Below, in pieces: positions 10,451-22,600 of a stretch of DNA of 64,000 nt (position 1 is its first letter; each line of letters starts with the position of its first letter). Where the stretch lies: the NCBI RefSeq assembly GCF_046119375.1, contig NW_027362773.1:168826001-168890000 (forward strand), written 5' to 3'. The notes under the pieces are model-generated. The model was not told where the DNA came from and searched no databases. It saw only the letters and a list, made by a program, of their open reading frames with translations. This DNA comes from Phyllobates terribilis. Taxonomy: Eukaryota. A program made the position numbers and the translations under genes.

Positions 10451-13040
10451 ATAATAATAATAATAATAATTTTTTATTTCTATAGCGCCAACATATTCCG
10501 CAGCACTTTATAATTAAGTAGGGACATATACAGAAAATATAAACAATACAATGTATCACATTTCACAGTTACAGGAGCAGTGAGAGTCCGGCTGCTCGCA
10601 AGCTACAATCTATATGGAAATGGGGGGACACAATAGGTAGAACATGGTCATCAGCCAGTATCTGTCTAAGGGCAGATACCGTGTGGTATTGGGTGCATGG
10701 AGGATGTGGAGACAGATGAATACGCAGGAGCAGATTAAGATTAACATTTAGGAGGGAACATGGGAGAGTTAGGTTGCTGAGTTGAGGTGATCGGCTTGTC
10801 TAAACAGATGGGTTTTTAAAGCACGTTAGAAGACACGGGGGCTAGATATCAGTCGGATCGTTTGGGGCAGTGCAGTCCAGAAAACTGGTGCAGCACGAGA
10901 GAAGTCTTGGAGACGGAGGTGCGAGGTTCGGATTAAGGAAGATGTTAGTCTTAGATCAGTTGCAGAACGGAGGGCATGGGAGGGACGATAGACAGAAATG
11001 AGGGATGAGATGTAGGGCGGTGCAGAACTGTGCAGAGCTTTGTGGGTGAGAGATGAGTTTGTATTGTGTTCTGTGGTGAATGGGTAACAAGTGCAATGAC
11101 TGGCACAGGGTAGAGGCGTCGGTGAAGCAGCTGGACAGAAATACGACTCTGGCTGCCGCATTCAGGATGGATTGGAGAGAAGAGAGATTGTTTAGAGTGA
11201 GACCGATCAGTAGAGAGTTGCCGTAGTCCAGTACAGTGAATGAGAGCGACAGTAATTTTTTTCGCAGTATCAAAGGTGAGAAAAGGTCGGATTCTGGAGA
11301 TGTTTTTAAGATGCAGGTGACAGGAGCGAGTGAGTGATCGGATATGGGGGGTAAAGGAAAGGTTAGTGTCGAATATGACCCCAAGGCAGCGGGCGTGCTG
11401 CTGGGAGTTATGGTGGCAGCACCCAAGGAAATTGAAAAGTCAGGTATAGATAGGTAAGTAGAGGGAGGAAACACAAGGAGTTCAGTTTTGGAGAGATTCA
11501 GTGTCAGATAGAGGGAAGACATGATGTTAGAGACAGCAGACAGACAATCACGGGTATTGGGGTAGGGGTGATGTCCGGAGCAGAGGTGTATAGTTGGGTG
11601 TCATCAGCATAGATCAGAACCCAAATCTGCTGTTTGTCCACTAGGGGCAGTGTATAGAGAGAAGAGGAGGGGGCCTAGGACTGAGCCCTGCGGACGCCCG
11701 ATAGTAAGGGGACAAGGAGAGAGGAGGAGGAGCCGGCAAAAGACACAGAGAAGGAGCGGTCAGAGAGGTAGGAGGAGAACCAGGAGAGAACAGTGTCCTT
11801 GAGGCCAATAGTGCGGAGCATAGTGAGGAGGAGCTGGTGATCCACAGTGTCAAATGCTGCAGAGAGATCCAGGAGATCAGCAGAGAGATCCAGGAGATCA
11901 GTAGAGAGATCCAGGAGATCAGCAGAGAGATCCAGGAGATCAGCAGAGAGATCCAGGAGATCAGTAGAGAGATCCAGGAGATCAGCAGAGAGATCCAGGA
12001 GATCAGTAGAGAGATCCAGGAGATCAGCAGAGAGATCCAGGAGATCAGCAGAGAGATCCAGGAGATCAGCAGGGAGCAGTGACCATTGGATTTAGCTGTT
12101 AGTAGATCATTAGAGACTTTAGTGAGGGCAGTTTCAGTGGAGTGTAAGGAGCGGAAACCAGATTGTAAAGGGTCGAGGAGAGAGTTATCTGAGAGATAGC
12201 GGATTAGACGGGAGTGGACCAGGCGTTCCAGGAGTTTAGAGATGAATGAAAGATTAGAGACCGGTCTGTAGTTAGCAGCGCAGTTCTGGTCCAGGGATGG
12301 ATTTTTAAGTAAAGGGGATATGATGGCATGTTTAAATGAGGAGGGAAAGATACCTGAAGAGAGGGAGAGGTTAAATATTTTAGTCAGGTGAGTAGTGACA
12401 GCTGGGGAAAGGGACTGAAGGAGATGTGAGGGAATAGGGTCACTGTTGCAGGTGGTAGGGCGAGAAGAAGCGAGGAGTCTGGTCACTTCTTCTTCTGTGA
12501 CAGGCTCAAAGATGGAAAGTGAACTTGAAGTGCGGCAGGGAAGGAGATCCAGACTCTGAGGAGATTGTGCAGGAATGTCTTGATGGATGATTCATTTTTT
12601 TAGGAAATAAGTGGCCAGATCGTCAACACTTAGGTTGGTGACGGGGTCTGTACTTTAGGGCTCAGGAGGGAGTGGAAGGTTTCAGAGTCGTTTAGGATTG
12701 TTGGACATTGAAGTGATGAGGGTGGTGAAGTAGGATTGTTTGGATGGATGAAGGGCAGAGTTATAGGTTTTGAGCATGATCTTATAGTGGATGAAGTCTT
12801 CTGCTGAAAGTGATTTTCTCCACTGACGCTCGGCACCTTGAGCAGCGCTGGAGAAAGCGTGTTTGCATCGTGTGCCGGGGCTGCCGTCGTCTGTGCTGGG
12901 TCACACAGCGTGTAGCCGGTGCTGCTTCATCCAGGGCGCTCTGCATTGTGTTATACTGGGACGATGCGGAGTCTGGACAGGAGAGCGAGGAGATGGGGGC
13001 TAAAGATGACTGCAGATGAATCAAAGTGAATGATAAAAAA
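10451..13040 (-). mobile_element. 5'-truncated, frameshifted L2/CR1-clade non-LTR retrotransposon
   Basis: Minus-strand RT fragments ([34 protein letters not shown], broken [26 protein letters not shown]); 3' end ...GCTGCGGAATATGTTGGCGCTATAGAAATAAAAAA(ATT)n at 10451-10510; 5' boundary approximate. Confidence 0.9.
11859..12072. repeat. 21-bp minisatellite x10 (AGAGAGATCCAGGAGATCAGY) inside the LINE RT region
   Basis: Ten REIQEIS units in the + ORF 11837-12082. Confidence 0.97.
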
Positions 13041-13489
13041 TGGCCAAAGCCGGTGACAGGCGGTAAACGTGGCGGATCTGGCCGTGTCCAGACTGTGTGG
13101 CCGCGCGGTCGCCTGCACCCATGAGGACTCGGCTCCTATGTCTCCTCGTGGGCCCGGGCCTCGTGGCTGACACTACATTGCCTGCTGTGGCCGAGTGCAC
13201 AGAAGTGCTGATCCGGGCAGCGCTGCACTCACTGCCTGTCACTGTGTGTTAGTGATGAGCCATCGCCCCGTAGAGGGGGACGGGGCTGCAGTCATAGGGT
13301 GGGACGCTCCACACACACAGCCAGCTCTCCCCCGGTAGTATGGCCCCATCGCTCTGCGCTCAGTCTGTGGATGCTGAGAGTTGCTGCAGCTCTATTGTCC
13401 ACTGAGAGTTGTTGTCCACAATCAGGGGCCATGTTTCAGCGCTGCGCTCGCCGTCAGCGGCCGGTGATGGTGGCATCTTTCTATTACAG

Positions 13490-13653
13490 GCTGTGCACGC
13501 TGGGATGCGGGCGTACATCCAACAGGACTCTCTACGGGACCACCCCAGCATGAGGACCTATTACTTCAGCGCTGATACACAGGAGGACATGAACGGATGG
13601 ATCCGAGTGATGAATCAAGCGGCGCTGGTCCAGAACGCCCCGGACAGCAGAAG
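13490..13653 (+). CDS. PLEKHA7: PLEKHA7 exon, end of PH domain (AVHAGMR...MRTYYFSADTQEDMNGWIRVMNQAA)
   Basis: ctattacag acceptor, AAG|gtaagt donor, 164 nt, phase 0/2. Confidence 0.96.
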
Positions 13654-13675
13654 GTAAGTGGCCAGAGCGCCATTC

Positions 13676-16600
13676 TGCCCCGCCACACCTGCAGGAAGCT
13701 GTGCGGCCCCCTCGGGACTGGGGTGTCAGTCTCTACTGCCTGTCACACCTGCAGGAAGCTGTGCGGCCCCCTGGGACTGGGGTGTCAGTCTCTACTGCCC
13801 CGTCACACCTGCAGGAAGCTGTGCGGCCCCCCGGGACTGGGGTGTCAGTCTCTACTGCCCCGTCACACCTGCAGGAAGCTGTGCGGCCCCCCGGGACTGG
13901 GGTGTCAGTCTCTACTGCCCCGTCACACCTGTAAGAAGCTGTGCGGCCCCCCGGGACTGGGGTGTCAGTCTCTACTGCCCCGTCACACCTGTAAGAAGCT
14001 GTGCAGCCCCCTGGGACTGGGGTGTCAGTCTCTACTGCCCCGTCACACCTGTAAGAAGCTGTGCGGCCCCCCGGGACTGGGTTGTCAGTCTCTACTGCCC
14101 CGTCACACCTGTAAGAAGCTGTGCGGCCCCCCGGGACTGGGGTGTCAGTCTCTACTGCCCCGTCACACCTGTAAGAAGCTGTGCGGCCCCCCGGGACTGG
14201 GGTGTCAGTCTCTACTGCCCTGTCACACCTGTAAGAAGCTGTGCGGCCCCCCGGGACTGGGGTGTCAGTCTCTACTGCCCTGTCACACCTGCAGGAAGCT
14301 GTGCGGCCCCCCGGGACTGGGGTGTCAGTCTGTACTGCCCCGTCACACCTGTAAGAAGCTGTGCGGCCCCCCCGGGACTGGGGTGTCAGTCTCTACTGCC
14401 CCGTCACACCTGTAAGAAGCTGTGCGGCCCCCCAGGACTGGGGTGTCAGTCTGTACTGCCCCGTCACACCTGTAAGAAGCTGTGCGGCCCCCTGGGACTG
14501 TGGTGTCAGTCTCTACTGCCCCGTCACACCTGTAAGAAGCTGTGCGGCCCCCCGGGACTGGGGTGTCAGTCTCTACTGCCCCGTCACGCCTGCAGGAAGC
14601 TGTGCGGCCCCCTTGGACTGGGGTGTCAGTCTCTACTGCCCCGTCACACCTGCAGGAAGCTGTGCGGCCCCCTGGGACTGGGTGTCAGTCTCTACTGCCC
14701 CGTCACACCTGTAAGAAGCTGTGCGGCCCCCCGGGACTGGGGTGTCAGTCTGTACTGCCCCGTCACACCTGTAAGAAGCTGTGCGGCCCTCTGGGACTGG
14801 GGTGTCAGTCTCTACTGCCCCATCACACCTGTAAGAAGCTGTGCGGCCCCCCGGGACTGGGGTGTCAGTCTCTACTGCCCCGTCACACCTGTAAGAAGCT
14901 GTGCGGCCCCCCGGGACTGGGGTGTCAGTCTCTACTGCCCTGTCACACCTGTAAGAAGCTGTGCGGCCCCCCGGGACTGGGGTGTCAGTCTCTACTGCCC
15001 TGTCACACCTGCAGGAAGCTGTGCGGCCCCCCGGGACTGGGGTGTCAGTCTCTACTGCCCCGTCACACCTGTAAGAAGCTGTGCGGCCCCCCGGGACTGG
15101 GGTGTCAGTCTCTACTGCCCTGTCACACCTGTAAGAAGCTGTGTGGCCCCCCGGGACTGGGGTGTCAGTCTCTACTGCCCTGTCACACCTGCAGGAAGCT
15201 GTGCGGCCCCCCGGGACTGGGGTGTCAGTCTGTACTGCCCCGTCACACCTGTAAGAAGCTGTGCGGCCCCCCCGGGACTGGGGTGTCAGTCTCTACTGCC
15301 CCGTCACACCTGTAAGAAGCTGTGCGGCCCCCCGGGACTGGGGTGTCAGTCTGTACTGCCCCGTCACACCTGTAAGAAGCTGTGCGGCCCCCTGGGACTG
15401 GGGTGTCAGTCTCTACTGCCCCGTCACACCTGTAAGAAGCTGTGCGGCCCCCCGGGACTGGGGTGTCAGTCTCTACTGCCCCGTCACACCTGTAAGAAGC
15501 TGTGCGGCCCCCCAGGACTGGGGTGTCAGTCTGTACTGCCCCGTCACACCTGTAAGAAGCTGTGCGGCCCCCCGGGACTGGGGTGTCAGTCTCTACTGCC
15601 CTGTCACACCTGTAAGAAGCTGTGCGGCCCCCCGGGACTGGGGTGTCAGTCTCTACTGCCCTGTCACACCTGCAGGAAGCTGTGCGGCCCCCCGGGACTG
15701 GGGTGTCAGTCTGTACTGCCCCGTCACACCTGTAAGAAGCTGTGCGGCCCCCCCGGGACTGGGGTGTCAGTCTCTACTGCCCCGTCACACCTGTAAGAAG
15801 CTGTGCGGCCCCCCAGGACTGGGGTGTCAGTCTGTACTGCCCCGTCACACCTGTAAGAAGCTGTGCGGCCCCCTGGGACTGTGGTGTCAGTCTCTACTGC
15901 CCCGTCACACCTGTAAGAAGCTGTGCGGCCCCCCGGGACTGGGGTGTCAGTCTCTACTGCCCTGTCACACCTGCAGGAATCTGTGCGGCCCCCTTGGACT
16001 GGGGTGTCAGTCTCTACTGCCCCGTCACATCTGCAGGAAGCTGTGCGGCCCCCTGGGACTGGGTGTCAGTCTCTACTGCCCCGTCACACCTGTAAGAAGC
16101 TGTGCGGCCCCCCGGGACTGGGGTGTCAGTCTGTACTGCCCCGTCACACCTGTAAGAAGCTGTGTGGCCCTCTGGGACTGGGGTGTCAGTCTCTACTGCC
16201 CCATCACACCTGTAAGAAGCTGTGCGGCCCCCCGGGACTGGGGTGTCAGTCTCTACTGCCCCGTCACACCTGTAAGAAGCTGTGCGGCCCCCCGGGACTG
16301 GGGTGTCAGTCTCTACTGCCCCATCACCCCTGTAAGAAGCTGTGCAGCCCCCCGGGACTGGGGTGTCAGTCTCTACTGCCTGTCACACCTGTAAGAAGCT
16401 GTGCAGCCCCCCGGGACTGGGGTGTCAGTCTCTACTGCCTGTCACACCTGTAAGAAGCTGTGCGGCCCCCCGGGACTGGGGTGTCAGTCTGTACTGCCCC
16501 GTCACACCTGTAAGAAGCTGTGCGGCCCCCCGGGACTGGGGTGTCAGTCTGTACTGCCCCGTCACACCTGTAAGAAGCTGTGCGGCCCCCCGGGACTGGG

Positions 16601-19600
16601 GTGTCAGTCTCTACTGCCCCGTCACACCTGTAAGAAGCTGTGCGGCCCCCTGGGACTGGGGTGTCAGTCTCTACTGCCCCGTCACACCTGCAAGAAGCTG
16701 TGCGGCCCCCCGGGACTGAGGTGTCAGTCTGTACTGCCCCGTCATACCTGTAAGAAGCTGTGCGGCCCCCTGGGACTGGGGTGTCAGTCTCTACTGCCCC
16801 GTCACACCTGTAAGAAGCTGTGCGGCCCCCCGGGACTGGGGTGTCAGTCTCTACTGCCCCGTCACACCTGTAAGAAGCTGTGCGGCCCCCCGGGACTGGG
16901 GTGTCAGTCTCTACTACCCCGTCACACCTGTAAGAAGCTGTGCGGCCCCCCGGGACTGGGGTGTCAGTCTCTACTGCCCTGTCACACCTGTAAGAAGCTG
17001 CGCGGCCCCCCGGGACTGGGGTGTCAGTCTCTACTGCCCTGTCACACCTGCAGGAAGCTGTGCGGCCCCCCGGGACTGGGGTGTCAGTCTCTACTGCCCC
17101 ATCACCCCTGTAAGAAGCTGTGCAGCCCCCCGGGACTGGGGTGTCAGTCTCTACTGCCTGTCACACCTGTAAGAAGCTGTGCAGCCCCCCGGGACTGGGG
17201 TGTCAGTCTCTACTGCCCGTCACACCTGTAAGAAGCTGTGCAGCCCCCTGGGACTGGGGTGTCAGTCTCTACTGCCCCGTCACACCTGTAAGAAGCTGTG
17301 CGGCCCCCCGGGACTGGGGTGTCAGTCTCTACTGCCCCGTCACACCTGTAAGAAGCTGTGCGGCCCCCCGGGACTGGGGTGTCAGTCTCTACTGCCCTGT
17401 CACACCTGTAAGAAGCTGTGCGGCCCCCCGGGACTGGGGTGTCAGTCTCTACTGCCCCGTCACACCTGTAAGAAGCTGTGCGGCCCCCCGGGACTGGGGT
17501 GTCAGTCTCTACTGCCCCGTCACACCTGTAAGAAGCTGTGCGGCCCCCCGGGACTGGGGTGTCAGTCTCTACTGCCCTGTCACACCTGCAGGAAGCTGTG
17601 CGGCCCCCCGGGACTGGGGTGTCAGTCTCTACTGCCCCGTCACACCTGTAAGAAGCTGTGCGGCCCCCCGGGACTGGGGTGTCAGTCTCTACTGCCCTGT
17701 CACACCTGTAAGAAGCTGTGCGGCCCCCCGGGACTGGGGTGTCAGTCTCTACTGCCCCATCACCCCTGTAAGAAGCTGTGCAGCCCCCCGGGACTGGGGT
17801 GTCAGTCTCTACTGCCTGTCACACCTGTAAGAAGCTGTGCAGCCCCCCGGGACTGGGGTGTCAGTCTCTACTGCCTGTCACACCTGTAAGAAGCTGTGCG
17901 GCCCCCCGGGACTGGGGTGTCAGTCTGTACTGCCTGTCACACCTGTAAGAAGCTGTGCGGCCCCCCGGGACTGGGGTGTCAGTCTGTACTGCCCCGTCAC
18001 ACCTGTAAGAAGCTGTGCGGCCCCCCGGGACTGGGGTGTCAGTCTGTACTGCCCCGTCACACCTGTAAGAAGCTGTGCGGCCCCCCGGGACTGGGGTGTC
18101 AGTCTCTACTGCCCCGTCACACCTGTAAGAAGCTGTGCGGCCCCCTGGGACTGGGGTGTCAGTCTCTACTGCCCCGTCACACCTGCAAGAAGCTGTGCGG
18201 CCCCCCAGGACTGGGGTGTCAGTCTGTACTGCCCCGTCATACCTGTAAGAAGCTGTGCGGCCCCCTGGGACTGGGGTGTCAGTCTCTACTGCCCCGTCAC
18301 ACCTGTAAGAAGCTGTGCGGCCCCCCGGGACTGGGGTGTCAGTCTCTACTGCCCCGTCACACCTGTAAGAAGCTGTGCGGCCCCCCGGGACTGGGGTGTC
18401 AGTCTCTACTACCCCGTCACACCTGTAAGAAGCTGTGCGGCCCCCCGGGACTGGGGTGTCAGTCTCTACTGCCCTGTCACACCTGTAAGAAGCTGCGCGG
18501 CCCCCCGGGACTGGGGTGTCAGTCTCTACTGCCCTGTCACACCTGCAGGAAGCTGTGCGGCCCCCCGGGACTGGGGTGTCAGTCTCTACTGCCCCATCAC
18601 CCCTGTAAGAAGCTGTGCAGCCCCCCGGGACTGGGGTGTCAGTCTCTACTGCCTGTCACACCTGTAAGAAGCTGTGCAGCCCCCCGGGACTGGGGTGTCA
18701 GTCTCTACTGCCCGTCACACCTGTAAGAAGCTGTGCAGCCCCCTGGGACTGGGGTGTCAGTCTCTACTGCCCCGTCACACCTGTAAGAAGCTGTGCGGCC
18801 CCCCGGGACTGGGGTGTCAGTCTCTACTGCCCCGTCACACCTGTAAGAAGCTGTGTGGCCCCCCGGGACTGGGGTGTCAGTCTCTACTGCCCTGTCACAC
18901 CTGTAAGAAGCTGTGCGGCCCCCCGGGACTGGGGTGTCAGTCTCTACTGCCCTGTCACACCTGCAGGAAGCTGTGCGGCCCCCCGGGACTGGGGTGTCAG
19001 TCTGTACTGCCCCGTCACACCTGTAAGAAGCTGTGCGGCCCCCCCGGGACTGGGGTGTCAGTCTCTACTGCCCCGTCACACCTGTAAGAAGCTGTGCGGC
19101 CCCCCAGGACTGGGGTGTCAGTCTGTACTGCCCCGTCACACCTGTAAGAAGCTGTGCGGCCCCCTGGGACTGTGGTGTCAGTCTCTACTGCCCCGTCACA
19201 CCTGTAAGAAGCTGTGCGGCCCCCCGGGACTGGGGTGTCAGTCTCTACTGCCCCGTCACGCCTGCAGGAAGCTGTGCGGCCCCCTTGGACTGGGGTGTCA
19301 GTCTCTACTGCCCCGTCACACCTGCAGGAAGCTGTGCAGCCCCCTGGGACTGGGTGTCAGTCTCTACTGCCCCGTCACACCTGTAAGAAGCTGTGCGGCC
19401 CCCCGGGACTGGGGTGTCAGTCTGTACTGCCCCGTCACACCTGTAAGAAGCTGTGCTGCCCTCTGGGACTGGGGTGTCAGTCTCTACTGCCCCATCACAC
19501 CTGTAAGAAGCTGTGCGGCCCCCCGGGACTGGGGTGTCAGTCTCTACTGCCCCGTCACACCTGTAAGAAGCTGTGCGGCCCCCCGGGACTGGGGTGTCAG

Positions 19601-22600
19601 TCTCTACTGCCCTGTCACACCTGTAAGAAGCTGTGCGGCCCCCCGGGACTGGGGTGTCAGTCTCTACTGCCCTGTCACACCTGCAGGAAGCTGTGCGGCC
19701 CCCCGGGACTGGGGTGTCAGTCTCTACTGCCCCGTCACACCTGTAAGAAGCTGTGCGGCCCCCCGGGACTGGGGTGTCAGTCTCTACTGCCCTGTCACAC
19801 CTGTAAGAAGCTGTGTGGCCCCCCGGGACTGGGGTGTCAGTCTCTACTGCCCTGTCACACCTGCAGGAAGCTGTGCGGCCCCCCGGGACTGGGGTGTCAG
19901 TCTGTACTGCCCCGTCACACCTGTAAGAAGCTGTGCGGCCCCCCCGGGACTGGGGTGTCAGTCTCTACTGCCCCGTCACACCTGTAAGAAGCTGTGCGGC
20001 CCCCCGGGACTGGGGTGTCAGTCTGTACTGCCCCGTCACACCTGTAAGAAGCTGTGCGGCCCCCTGGGACTGGGGTGTCAGTCTCTACTGCCCCGTCACA
20101 CCTGTAAGAAGCTGTGCGGCCCCCCGGGACTGGGGTGTCAGTCTCTACTGCCCCGTCACACCTGTAAGAAGCTGTGCGGCCCCCCAGGACTGGGGTGTCA
20201 GTCTCTACTGCCCCGTCACACCTGTAAGAAGCTGTGCGGCCCCCCGGGACTGGGGTGTCAGTCTCTACTGCCCTGTCACACCTGTAAGAAGCTGTGCGGC
20301 CCCCCGGGACTGGGGTGTCAGTCTCTACTGCCCTGTCACACCTGCAGGAAGCTGTGCGGCCCCCCGGGACTGGGGTGTCAGTCTGTACTGCCCCGTCACA
20401 CCTGTAAGAAGCTGTGCGGCCCCCCCGGGACTGGGGTGTCAGTCTCTACTGCCCCGTCACACCTGTAAGAAGCTGTGCGGCCCCCCAGGACTGGGGTGTC
20501 AGTCTGTACTGCCCCGTCACACCTGTAAGAAGCTGTGCGGTCCCCTGGGACTGTGGTGTCAGTCTCTACTGCCCCGTCACACCTGTAAGAAGCTGTGCGG
20601 CCCCCCGGGACTGGGGTGTCAGTCTCTACTGCCCTGTCACACCTGCAGGAAGCTGTGCGGCCCCCTTGGACTGGGGTGTCAGTCTCTACTGCCCCGTCAC
20701 ACCTGCAGGAAGCTGTGCGGCCCCCTGGGACTGGGTGTCAGTCTCTACTGCCCCGTCACACCTGTAAGAAGCTGTGCGGCCCCCCGGGACTGGGGTGTCA
20801 GTCTGTACTGCCCCGTCACACCTGTAAGAAGCTGTGTGGCCCTCTGGGACTGGGGTGTCAGTCTCTACTGCCCCATCACACCTGTAAGAAGCTGTGCGGC
20901 CCCCCGGGACTGGGGTGTCAGTCTCTACTGCCCCGTCACACCTGTAAGAAGCTGTGCGGCCCCCCGGGACTGGGGTATCAGTCTCTACTGCCCCGTCACA
21001 CCTGTAAGAAGCTGTGCGGCCCCCCGGGACTGGGGTGTCAGTCTCTACTGCCCTGTCACACCTGCAGGAAGCTGTGCGGCCCCCCGGGACTGGGGTGTCA
21101 GTCTCTACTGCCCCGTCACACCTGTAAGAAGCTGTGCGGCCCCCCGGGACTGGGGTGTCAGTCTCTACTGCCCTGTCACACCTGTAAGAAGCTGTGCGGC
21201 CCCCCGGGACTGGGGTGTCAGTCTCTACTGCCCCATCACCCCTGTAAGAAGCTGTGCAGCCCCCCGGGACTGGGGTGTCAGTCTCTACTGCCTGTCACAC
21301 CTGTAAGAAGCTGTGCAGCCCCCCGGGACTGGGGTGTCAGTCTCTACTGCCTGTCACACCTGTAAGAAGCTGTGCGGCCCCCCGGGACTGGGGTGTCAGT
21401 CTGTACTGCCTGTCACACCTGTAAGAAGCTGTGCGGCCCCCCGGGACTGGGGTGTCAGTCTGTACTGCCCCGTCACACCTGTAAGAAGCTGTGCGGCCCC
21501 CCGGGACTGGGGTGTCAGTCTGTACTGCCCCGTCACACCTGTAAGAAGCTGTGCGGCCCCCCGGGACTGGGGTGTCAGTCTCTACTGCCCCGTCACACCT
21601 GTAAGAAGCTGTGCGGCCCCCTGGGACTGGGGTGTCAGTCTCTACTGCCCCGTCACACCTGCAAGAAGCTGTGCGGCCCCCCGGGACTGGGGTGTCAGTC
21701 TGTACTGCCCCGTCATACCTGTAAGAAGCTGTGCGGCCCCCTGGGACTGGGGTGTCAGTCTCTACTGCCCCGTCACACCTGTAAGAAGCTGTGCGGCCCC
21801 CCGGGACTGGGGTGTCAGTCTCTACTGCCCCGTCACACCTGTAAGAAGCTGTGCGGCCCCCCGGGACTGGGGTGTCAGTCTCTACTACCCCGTCACACCT
21901 GTAAGAAGCTGTGCGGCCCCCCGGGACTGGGGTGTCAGTCTCTACTGCCCTGTCACACCTGTAAGAAGCTGCGCGGCCCCCCGGGACTGGGGTGTCAGTC
22001 TCTACTGCCCTGTCACACCTGCAGGAAGCTGTGCGGCCCCCCGGGACTGGGGTGTCAGTCTCTACTGCCCCATCACCCCTGTAAGAAGCTGTGCAGCCCC
22101 CCGGGACTGGGGTGTCAGTCTCTACTGCCTGTCACACCTGTAAGAAGCTGTGCAGCCCCCCGGGACTGGGGTGTCAGTCTCTACTGCCTGTCACACCTGT
22201 AAGAAGCTGTGCGGCCCCCCGGGACTGGGGTGTCAGTCTGTACTGCCTGTCACACCTGTAAGAAGCTGTGCGGCCCCCCGGGACTGGGGTGTCAGTCTGT
22301 ACTGCCCCGTCACACCTGTAAGAAGCTGTGCGGCCCCCCGGGACTGGGGTGTCAGTCTGTACTGCCCCGTCACACCTGTAAGAAGCTGTGCGGCCCCCCG
22401 GGACTGGGGTGTCAGTCTCTACTGCCCCGTCACACCTGTAAGAAGCTGTGCGGCCCCCTGGGACTGGGGTGTCAGTCTCTACTGCCCCGTCACACCTGCA
22501 AGAAGCTGTGCGGCCCCCCGGGACTGGGGTGTCAGTCTGTACTGCCCCGTCATACCTGTAAGAAGCTGTGCGGCCCCCTGGGACTGGGGTGTCAGTCTCT

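Noticed and set aside
11641-12486. Active reverse transcriptase gene
   Set aside because: 5'-truncated and frameshifted, with a conserved RT motif disrupted by a repeat expansion
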